From NCBI GenBank assembly GCA_030390025.1, contig CM059425.1, positions 174,098,001 to 174,162,000 of the forward strand: DNA of 64,000 nt. The letters run 5' to 3'. Of this stretch, positions 25,101 through 34,562 are shown piece by piece. Below the pieces are notes generated by a model. That model searched no databases. It was not told the origin of the DNA and saw only the letters and a program-made list of their open reading frames with translations. The position numbers and the translations under genes were made by a program. Position 1 is the first letter of the stretch; each line of letters opens with the position of its first letter. Origin of the DNA: Squalus acanthias. Its lineage: Eukaryota.

Positions 25101-28100
25101 CCCATGACCCCAGACAAGCAGCGTGACCGCGCTCTGGGCTTTGCGAGGATAGCGGGCTTCCCCATGGTGCAGGGCGCCATTGACTGCACGCATGTGGCTT
25201 TGCGTGCTCCACATGAGAATGCCGAGGAATTCCGGAACAGAAAGGGGTTCCATTCCTTGAATGTTCAGTTGGTCTGTGACCACAGACAGCTGATGCTCGC
25301 TGTCAATGCCCACTATCCTGGCAGCTGCCACGATGCTTTCATCCTGCGCCAGACTACTGTGGCAGAACTTTTCGAGGCACCGCATCAGCCAGTTGGTTGG
25401 CTTCTCGGGGACAAGGGGTATCCATTGAGCACCTGGCTGATGACACTGCTCCGTACGCCCAACACCCCTGCTGAGCTGCGGTACAACGAGAGCCATCAAG
25501 CTACCAGGAACATCATTCAGCGCACAATCGGCGTGCTGAAGCAACGGTTCCGCTGTCTCGACCATTCTGGAGGAGCCCTGCAGTACTCGCCTGAGCGAGT
25601 ATCCAACTTCGTAGTTGTGTGCTGCATGTTGCATAACATGGCAATCGTCAGGACCCAGCCAATGCCACCAGGCCTTGGAGCACCACCAGAGGAGGAGGAG
25701 GAAGAGGAGGAAGAGGACGAGGAGGATGATCATCAGCAGCACCAAGGCGGGAGGGCGGCCCACAATGGTGAAACTGCAACGGCCGTCCGTCAACGGCTGA
25801 TAGCAAGCCGCTTCTAGGGCCCCTGCTGTGGAAATGGCTTCTGCCATTGCTAACAACATCAATGAACCCAGCACGCAACCCCTAAGCCGGCCAAGGCACC
25901 AATGATTCCAAACACCAAACATGTATATTTTGAATACAAAAACTTATTTATTTTACAAACTCTGTGTGTGTCATTTCCTCATGACAAACTCATAGAAATA
26001 AACACAAAAAAACAGTCATTAACATAACTGGTTCTCACAACCTGGAGATAATGTCCAAAACACCAGACAAAAGTTGGACCACGAACCTCGGCCTTTAATA
26101 AAAAAATGACCAGCATTTTGTCACACCTCCTACTTTTTGCCCTTCGAGGGTGATCTCCTTCCCTTGCGCACTTCCCCCCTTCTAACCCTACTGCTCCTCC
26201 GTAATGGGACCTCAGTGGCTGCAGCAAGGCTGGTGGAAGGCTGCTGATTGTCAGACCCTGACACTGCAGATGCCCCTGAAGGACGGCCTCGACCAGTTCT
26301 GGGCCTGGAGGGCCCGGCTGCAGACTGCACCAACTCTGCATGGGCGGCAGCAGTCTGTCCTACAGGCGGTGGCAAGTGCAGTGGAGAAGTGACAGTGTTG
26401 GCAGCAGGAATGCTGTCATCGTGAGAGAGGACAGCAACTCTCTGCTCGCCCGACACACTGGCACTCCCACGGGGCAGCACTTCAGCATCCGGAGCAATCT
26501 GCTGGAGCACAGATTGCTGGCCTGCTGCGGCGCGGTGAAAGCCCCGGGGACATGTGAACGAACCATCGAGGTTGGCAGCAGTCAGTGCTCGCGTGGCCTC
26601 AATCTGAGTCTGCATGAGAGCAGTCAGAGATGGGATCACGGCAGTCAGTGACTGAATTGCAGCACTAAGCGTTAGTGTGGCATCCGCCTGTGCTACAGCG
26701 AAGTGCTCCACACTCCTTGCCAGTGACTCAATGCATTCGGGCACCCTTCCCACTGCACCCATGAGCTCAGTGCGCATGCCCACCGCCTGGGTGTTCATTT
26801 CTGCGATCAGCCGCTCCTCCTCTGCGTCCATTGCAGTAGGAGTCGCTGGCATACTCTCCCTCTGGGGAGAAGGCCCCCGTTCTTCCCTACCCCCATGGCG
26901 TTGCTGCAGCCCGCTGGGTCCTGGAGCTTCACCCTCATCAGACCCTTCCCCCCTGCTCCCCTCCAGGGAAGGCGTGTTCCCAGTGTGGGCATGGGCTTCC
27001 TCGGGAGAGGGTAGCACTGATGCTCCGGCTTCCTCTTCCTCCTCGGCTGCAGCTTCACTCCCACTGGCAGCTTCAGGGCCCGTCTCCTCAGCTGGTGAAT
27101 CACCATCTGAAAGCAGGGAGGTACAAGAGTGGCTTTAGCGTGAGGACAGGGTGGCAGTAAGGGAGGAATAAGTGCAGCGAGTTAGCAAGTTGGATTGAAA
27201 GTGTCAAAGGCTGGTGTTGTGAGGGACAAGTGGAAGGACAGAGGACAAAAAGGTGATGACCTTACCATTGCTGTCCAGAACGGGGTCGCGTCTCCAGTGG
27301 CGATGGGACCGATCACCCGGCTTGCCACAATCCTGTGGACGCGCTCCTCAAGATCGCTGAGGGGTTGCAGCTGAGGCCGCCCTCCACCTGTCCGTTGCTG
27401 CTGTCTCCTATTATGCACCAGCTTGGCCTGCAAGAAAAAGGACAGCATCTGAGTAAATATACAGCCATGGTCTTGCCTGATGTGCCTCCCATAGGTGAAT
27501 AGCCCTTACTGTATACAGCCATGGTCTTGCCTGATGTGCCTCCCATAGGTGAATAGCCCTTACTGTATACAGCCATGGTCTTGCCTGATGTGCCTCCCAT
27601 AGGTAGATAGCCCTTACTGTATGCAGCCATGGTCTTGCCTGATGTGCCTCCCATAGGTGAATAGCCCTTACTGTATGCAAAGTGTGGAATGTGTGTGTGT
27701 GTTTCATGAAAGGGCCATAGGTGTTGGATGAGTGTTGTGCATTGGGGTTTTAAGACCCTCTGGCCATAGAGTGAGGTTGAGATGGAGGGATGGAGAGGTA
27801 TTGAGAAAAAGCTACTCACCCTGACGACCCGAGTGAGGTCGTTGAACTTTTTGCGGCATTGAACATGGGTCCTGGGCACCATGCTCCTGGAGGAGACGCT
27901 CTGAGCCACCTCCCTCCACACTCTTCTGTACTCGCGTGGCAAAGGCCTCCTGCCACTCTCAGGGAAGAGTATACATCTTCTGCGCTCCACCGCGCCAACC
28001 AGAGCATCCAAGGCCCGCTCGGTGAAGCGCTGAGCTCGTTCTCTCACCCTCTCTATCCTTGGCAGCAAAATGGATTCACAGGTCTCTCCAGGCCGAGATT

Positions 28101-29314
28101 CAAGGCTGCAATGAGCAGGGTGTGGCTGGGGAGCAAGTTGGCCCCCCTGCTTTAAGAACTGGCCAGCGCCAGTGTGTCTGTGTTCCCTCGCTAACTGGCA
28201 GCACCTGCGCTGCGCTCGCGCGCTGAGTTAGCGCCTCACTGCTCGGCCTTTGCGCCTTAAGACAGGTGTGCAGCGCCTGATTTACCGCTCCACTCACCTC
28301 CCGGGGCGGTATAAGTGAAGTTTCCAGTCAGTGGCGATAATTAGCGCCAGGCGCTAATTTTTGCGTCCAGACGATATTTGCGCCCCAAACGGGGCGCGAC
28401 CTAATTTTTCCCCCCAACTCTTTACAATCTATATTAACGATTTGGAGGAGGGGACCAAGTGCAACGTATCCAAGTTTGCTGACGATACAAAGATGGGAGG
28501 AAAAGCAGTGAGTGAGGAGGACATAAAAAACTTGCAAAAGGACATAGACAGGCTAAGTGAGTGGGCGGAAATTTGGCAGATGGAATATAATGTTGGAAAG
28601 TGTGAGGTTATGCACTTTGGCAGAAAAAATCAAAGAGCAAGTTATTATCTAAATGGAAAGAAACTGCAAAGTGCTACAGTACAAAGGGATCTGGGGGTCC
28701 TGGTGCATGAAACACAGAAGGTTAGTATGCAGGTACAGCAGGTGATCAGGAAGGCCAATGGAATCTTGGCTTTTATTGCAAGGGGGATGGAGTATAAAAG
28801 CAGGGAAGTCTTGCTTCAGTTATACAGGGTACTGGTGAGGCCACACCTAGAATACTGCATACAGTTTTGGTTTCCATATTTAAGAAAAGATATACTTGCT
28901 CTCGAGGCAGTTCAGAGAAGGTTCACTCGGTTGATTCCGGAGATGAGGAGGTTGACTTATGAGGAAAGGTTGAGTAGGTTGGGCCTCTACTCATTGGAAT
29001 TCAGAAGAATGAGAGGCGATCTTATCGAAACATATAAGATTGTGAGGGGGCTTGATCGGGTGGAGGCGGGGAGGATGTTTCCACTGATGGGTGAGACTAG
29101 AACTAGGGGGCATAATCTTAGAATAAGGGGCTGCCGTTTCAAAACTGAGATGAGGAGAAACTTCTTCACTCAGAGGGTAATAAATCTATGGAATTTGCTA
29201 CCTCAGAGAGCTGTGGAAGCTGCGACATTAAATAAATTTAAACCGGAGATAGACAGTTTCCTAGCTGATAAGGGAATTAAGGGTTATGGGGAGCGGGCAG
29301 GGAAGTGGACGTGA
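22115..29314 (+). CDS. CR1 ORF2 (APE endonuclease and reverse transcriptase), split as 22115-24169 + 28418-29314, about 983 aa when joined
   Basis: YLNARSI, AITETWL, YRPP, GDFN, SDH, KSPGPDG, NYRPVS, QHGF, DFQKAFD, GVPQGSVLGPQ|LFTIYIND, KFADD. No stop or frameshift in either half, and the join is in frame. Confidence 0.92.
24657..25817 (+). CDS. Harbinger DDE transposase (HARBI1-like nuclease), 386 aa from the first ATG
   Basis: [74 protein letters not shown] and an acidic tail. The frame is open, but the presumed catalytic E appears as Q (codon 25518-25520). Confidence 0.92.
   Translation: MGAALIGGVVLLQLNRRTQRRRERVAMMARRRRANRCIYRRAYPPRVYREQLSYIHMSEELCLRRLRFSKEVVTELCHLLQPDLQPQLRSRTSLSVAVKVTVALNFYATGSFQAAAGDLANISQFAVHCCIRQVTNALFKRRREFISFPMTPDKQRDRALGFARIAGFPMVQGAIDCTHVALRAPHENAEEFRNRKGFHSLNVQLVCDHRQLMLAVNAHYPGSCHDAFILRQTTVAELFEAPHQPVGWLLGDKGYPLSTWLMTLLRTPNTPAELRYNESHQATRNIIQRTIGVLKQRFRCLDHSGGALQYSPERVSNFVVVCCMLHNMAIVRTQPMPPGLGAPPEEEEEEEEEDEEDDHQQHQGGRAAHNGETATAVRQRLIASRF
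26130..28068 (-). pseudogene. Harbinger Myb/SANT-like DNA-binding protein gene with 3 exons: ~28056-27820, 27427-27266 and 27106-26130
   Basis: Exon 1 RERAQRFTERALDALV...WREVAQ...QCRKKFNDL with donor AGG|gtgagt. Exon 2 ttgcag|AKLVHNRRQQQRTGGG with donor |gtaag. Exon 3 after tttcag has a long open frame and a basic C-terminus. Apparent 1-bp frameshift in exon 2 and no in-frame ATG at the start. Confidence 0.85.
27458..27678. repeat. 54-bp tandem repeat, 4 copies, in intron 1 of the Myb gene
   Basis: Unit ACAGCCATGGTCTTGCCTGATGTGCCTCCCATAGGTGAATAGCCCTTACTGTAT starts at 27461, 27515, 27569 and 27623; copies are near-identical. Confidence 0.97.
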
Positions 29315-30029
29315 GTCTAGGTTCGGATCAGCCATGATCCTATTGAATGGCGGAGCAGGCCCGAGGGGCCATATGGCCTACTCCTGCTCCTACTTCTTAT
29401 GTTCTTATGTTATGTTTTGCACTGTTGATTAGTTGTCAATCTTCAGCATTAGCACAACCAGAAAATAACCAACTAAACTAATAATTAAGGCACAGAATGT
29501 ACAAAAGCAAAGCACCTGTAAAGCACCTTGGGATCTTGTATTAGATTAAAGGTGCTATATAAATGCAAGTTGTTGTTGTTGGACCTAAACCCCCCCGAAT
29601 TATGCAAGGGAGAAATTAAGGATGAATCAGAATAGAGTTAAGTAGCACTTGCACACACAGCAGGTTCCAGTCACATCATGCAGGCCTAATGTTGGCAGAA
29701 GTTTATTTTCACAACAAATGCTTTACAGCAACAGAGGGATTACAGAGAAAGAAGGGAATGTGGAGAGAATTGTACTACCCAGTATGAAGAATATATTTTA
29801 CTAATAAGTTCAGTTCATTCGACAAGTTTTCATAGATCTATGCCAGTAGCTAGAGATAGAACTGGAATCAGCCTAATAACTGCAACTGCCTTACCTGTAG
29901 CTGTGAAGCTCAATACCACTACAGGCTGCTACGCTATTGGCTCTTTTTAGGCCCCAAGGATGAATGCTTCTCAATGGGGAAGGTCGACAGCAGTTAGTTA
30001 CCCAATAACAGTTTTATAGCGCAGTCATA

Positions 30030-30800
30030 TTTTAATGGTACTTGGTGCCATTGACTGTACACAAAATTATATATGTGCACCAATCTTTGACACTTTTAGG
30101 TACTTCAATAGAAAAATATTCTGCTCTATGATAAAACAAGTGTTTTGTAATGCTTAGAATGGCATTAAGAATATATATGTCAATTACCCAAACTCAACTC
30201 ATCAATTTTTCATTCTGTCATAATACACTATGCCCGTAATACTTGAGAGAGCTAACAAGCTACATGGATGAGTACTGGGATATGGTGGATATTGAATTAA
30301 GCAATGGTTTTCTGCTTTAGGTTCCTGGAGCTTTATTATCCCTATTTTTGGCACCTTCCCATGTGAAATTGTGACCGATTTCCATTGGTATCAATGCTGT
30401 ACCATTTTAGCACTATGTTAATCCTGAAAATCTGGCCAATCACTACTTACCTTTGAAAATTCCAATTTCACGCTTCTGGAGTAACTTAATAACTATTTAA
30501 CTAGTATATGTAACAACCAGTATGTTAAGCCAGCTTTAGAGAACCTAATTCCTGGGCTACCATATATCAGCTGTGTACAAGGAGGGCTTAATTCATGGAC
30601 AGGTTTCTGTCTGAACTTATAGGTAGAGTCCTGGAGAGGAAAGAGGCTCTTTGCAGCTCAGTGTGCATCAACACCACCAAGGCTAGGTGCCAGTGGCTCT
30701 CTCATGAAGTTGCAGTCAGTTTATCCCTGACCGACAGGATTATGGATGAAGTTAGGAAGCAGGTCAATAACCTATGCAAAAGTAAAAACTCTAATTACTA
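30030..30800 (+). pseudogene. Ancient Harbinger nuclease remnant (~30040-30310) and Myb-like remnant (~30595-30800)
   Basis: GAIDCT, YFNRK, VNYPNSTH and a G*VLGYGGY version of GWLLGDxGY; downstream LIGRVLERKEAL...EVRKQVNNL resembles a SANT helix pattern. Confidence 0.55.
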
Positions 30801-30984
30801 AATGAAGTGTCATAGGACAGATGTGAACTATGAGGCTATCTATGGCAGGCTGCATGTTACATAAGTGTTCTGTTCCCATCACAGCATTAGGCAAATGCAA
30901 TGGTACTGTTAAAAGCTAATGTGCAAATGACCAACAAATAGTGAACATCCCCACGAATATGTGGAAATTTCCAAGGAAGTAAAG

Positions 30985-31762
30985 ACTATCCATCCCTCTC
31001 CCTGGCAACTGTCTGAGGCTGAACCAGACTGGTCACAACCTTGGTGTCGTATTTGGCCCCGAGTCGAGCTTCCGACTACATATCCGCACCATCACTAAGA
31101 CCGCCTATTTCCACCTTCATAACATCGCCCAACTCCACCCCTGCCTCAGCTCATCTGCTGCTGAGACTCTCATCCATGCCTTTATTACCTCTAGTCTTGA
31201 CTATTCCAACACACTCCTGGCTGGCTTCCCATCTTCCACCCTCCATAAACTTGAGGTCATCCAAAACTCTGCTGCCGGTGTCCTAACTCGCACCAAGTCT
31301 CGTTCACCCATCACCCCTGTGCTCGCTGACCTACATTGGCTTCTGGTTAAGCAATGCCTCGATTTTAAAATTCTCATCCTTGTTTTCAAATCCCTTCATG
31401 GCCTCGCCCCTCCCTATCTCTGTAACCTCCTCCAGCCCTACAACCCTCCAAGATATCTGCGCTACTCCAATTCTGACCTCTTGCACATCCCCGATTTTAA
31501 TCGGTCCACCATTGGTGGCTGTGCCTTCAGCTGCCGAGGGCCTAAGCTCTGGAATTCCCTGCCTAAACCTCTCCGCATTTCTACCTCTCTCTCCTTTAAG
31601 ACGCTCCTTAAAACCTAACTCTTTGACCAAGCTTTTGGTCATCTGCCCTAATTTCTACTTATGTGGCTCATTGTCAAATTTTGTTTGATAACGCTCCTGT
31701 GAAGCGCCTTGGGACATTTTGCAATGTCAAAGGTGCTATATAAATGCAAGTTGTTGTTGTTG
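30985..31762 (+). mobile_element. L2 LINE 3' end
   Basis: LADLHWLLVKQCLDFKIL and KLWNSLP; tail GTTGTTGTTG. Confidence 0.9.
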
Positions 31763-31889
31763 AATTGCAGGTGTTCTTCCACGCCAAAGTTGATGTACTG
31801 ATGGGCATGGCCAAATTGCATTTCAGTCATTTGCTTTATAAAGGGATGGGAGTAGGCCATTGAGTCCATTCCGTCATTCAATTAAAAAA

Positions 31890-32357
31890 GATAGACTTGT
31901 ATTTATATAGCACCTTTTACAACCTCAGGACGTCCCAAAGCGCTTTACAACCAATGAAGTACTTTTGAAGTGTAGTCACTGTTGTAATGTAGGAAACATG
32001 ACAGCCAAATTGCACACAGCAAGCTCACACAAACAGCAATGTGATAATGACCAGATAATCTGTTTTAGTGATGTTGATTGAGGGATAAATATTGGCCAGG
32101 ACACCGGGGATAACTCCCCTGCTCTTCTTCGATATAGTGCTGAAATAGCAAAGGATTACATTTGAAGAGACCTAAGAGGGTTAGTAGATTTAACTCCTCA
32201 TCTGAAAGACGGCACCTCTGACAGTGCAGCACTCCCTCAATACTGCACTGTCAGTGTCAGCCTAGATTTTTGTGCTCAAATCTCTGGAGTGGGATTATGA
32301 ACACACAATCTTCTGACTCAGAGGTGAGAGTGCTACCAACTGAGCCACGGCTGACAC
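31890..32357 (-). mobile_element. tRNA-head SINE (DeuSINE/SacSINE1-like), near full length
   Basis: Head GTGTCAGCCGTGGCTCAGTTGGTAGCAC (A-box like); conserved core and L2-like tail; 60-bp foreign patch at 32137-32196. Confidence 0.85.
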
Positions 32358-33339
32358 TAGCATTATATTATGGCTGATCTGTAACTTAACTCCATTTTCC
32401 CGCCGTTGATCCATATCCCTTATTATCTTTACCGAACAATAATCTATCAATCTCAATCTTGGAAAATTTTAATTGACTCAGCATCCACAGCCTTTTGGGA
32501 GAGAATTCTAGATTTCCACTACACTTTGTGTGGTTGATGTAAACTAATTAGCCTGTGATATATGATGCCTTAGAAATGGCAGACTGACTACTCACCACTT
32601 CCACTACTATAAGCTGCACCTCAACTTCAGTAAAAATAATCCTCCGTGTCCTTTCCCTTACACCTCCATTTTGCACAAAATTGAGCCTATGGTATTTACA
32701 TTTACTCATCAGTAGGGTTGAAGTGCCTAATTTACAGCTTATTAAACTGTTTAAAGGATATATTATAATGAATTGAATGACAGCTGAACACTCAAAAAAG
32801 CCCGACACATGGCATTTAGTACTTGGGTGATAACTGCAGGTAAAGATCGTACTCCCAAATACCCTTAATGATTCCATCCTTACTGTTCACATAGTAACCA
32901 CAAGGTGGCAATTATGGCCAAAGCCAATAAGCTATTGTTCGTGATGTTTTCATCCTTACTTTGTTCAAATTAAATATTCAATATCCTGCAAATTACTTCA
33001 CAAAAAGAGAATATTTAGAAAATTAAAAAAAATTATGTCTGGTTACTTTCAACTGCTAGTAAAAGCTTTATACATAATGATGTTTGTAGAAACAGAATAA
33101 TTTGGTGTTTATTTCGCAAGAGTGATTGCCTTCATAACTCACTTGTAGTGACCTGCGATAGTCTTACGCTGCTGGTATGTCAATTGTCTTTTTTGTTTAT
33201 TCTGGAAGATTACTTTCACTTGAAGTATTATTACATCATGTGATAGTCATTTTAACCCCTTTAACACATATCAATACTACTTGCATGAAAATATATATTG
33301 CATGAAGAATGGTGAATTCTTCTATATTTCATCATCCAA

Positions 33340-34002
33340 CAAGGTGGCACGGCAAGTTGATAAGGTGGTTAAAAAAGCATATGAGTTACTTGGGTTTATA
33401 AATAGAGGAATACAATATAAAAGCAAAGAGATCATGCTAGAACTTTATAAGTCACTGTTTAGGCCTCAGCTGGAGTATTGTGGACAATACTGGACACAAC
33501 ACTTCAGTAAAGATGTAAAGGCCTTAGAAAGGTTTACCAGGATGTTACCAGGGATGAGGGACTTCAGTTATGAGGACAGGTTGGAAAAGTTAGGATTGTT
33601 GTCCTTGGAATAGAGAAGGTTAAGAGGTGACCGAATAGAGGTTTTCCAGATGATGAGAGGTTTTGATAGAGTAGATAGAGAAAAACTATACCTTCTGGTG
33701 AGTGGGTCAATAACCAGAGATCATAGATTTAAAAGCCAAAAGATCTATAGGGGAGATGAGGAGAATTTTTTTCACTGAGTTGTCGGGATCTGGAACGCTC
33801 TACCTGAAAAGGTGGTGGAAGCTGATTCCATAAATAATTTTAAAAGGGAGTTTGACAGGTACTTGAGGACGAGGAACTTACAGGGTTACGGACAAAAAGT
33901 GGGAGTGTGGGACTAAGCACGACTGCTGTTTCAAAGAGCCAGCACAGGCACGACGGCCGGATGGCCTTCTTCTGTGCTATAAGTTCCTATGATTCTATGA
34001 TT
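33340..34002 (+). mobile_element. CR1 3' end
   Basis: LYKSLFRPQLEYCGQYW and LEKLGLLSLE; tail CTATGATTCTATGATT. Confidence 0.9.
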
Positions 34003-34562
34003 CAAAAACAACAAGGCCGAATGTCACAGGTTAATATTGTATGAGATTCTATGTCACCCAGCACTAACCTGCAATGTCAAAAGAAGTGTCTACGATAAAA
34101 AATGTAAAGATATATAAATGTATTGAAACCTCCTATGTTAGATTTTGCCAATAGGAAAACACACTTCAAAAGTGGAGGAGACAAAAAGGCGGAGGAGGGG
34201 GCAAGGAAAGGGGATTAGGGGAGTGGAGGGAGAGAGGTAGATGGGGGGAGCAAAGATGAGGGAACTACCTCAGCAGGGAGGACCAGCCCACATTTTCATG
34301 AGTGGGGCATAGTTAGACAGCAAACTGTCCTTCTTTTCAACCCATTCCAACTTATTTTTTTTAGCCGGCAGTTGTTGGGGGGCGACGGGTGGAGGTAGTG
34401 TTGTGGCGGGCTGATCCTTCCTCTGTGTTGAGCTTCCCCCAGCCCCTCCCATTAGGCCCCAACATTTTTCTTGATGAAGTAATTTATTTTTTCCCATCCC
34501 TGATTTTAGTCATGGAGACTTTATGAGATAAAATTGCATTCCCTGCCAGGGAAGTGTGTGTT

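Larger units (their letters stand above)
24170..28414 (+). mobile_element. Full-length PIF/Harbinger DNA transposon (4,245 bp)
   Basis: Perfect 12-bp TIR GGGGGAAAAATT/AATTTTTCCCCC; 3-bp TSD CAA at 24167-24169 and 28415-28417; two convergent genes. Confidence 0.97.
21929..29415 (+). mobile_element. Young CR1 LINE: ORF1 C-terminal SGNH/esterase remnant, complete ORF2 and 3' UTR with tail, interrupted by a Harbinger at 24170-28414
   Basis: ORF1 end LKDWCGRNGFCFLGHWHQYW...WDGLHL...ILANRI; ORF2 described separately; tail (TTCTTATG)n at ~29393-29415. Confidence 0.95.

Noticed and set aside
24657..25817. Host HARBI1 gene
   Set aside because: It lies between TIRs with a TSD and has several paralogues in the window, so it is a transposon gene.
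24987..25922. 311-aa antisense ORF over the transposase
   Set aside because: No recognisable motif; a likely shadow of GC-rich coding sequence, like the other antisense ORFs over LINEs.
27458..27678. Regular repeats resembling a CRISPR array
   Set aside because: Units are contiguous with no unique spacers, there are no cas genes, and the context is eukaryotic; this is a minisatellite.
32290..32357. tRNA genes here and at 34762
   Set aside because: These are SINE heads with a degraded B-box and no full cloverleaf.
32600..32690. Myb-like start RERTRRIIFTEVEVQLIV on the minus strand; possible remnants also near 7380-7620
   Set aside because: Too short and degraded to call.
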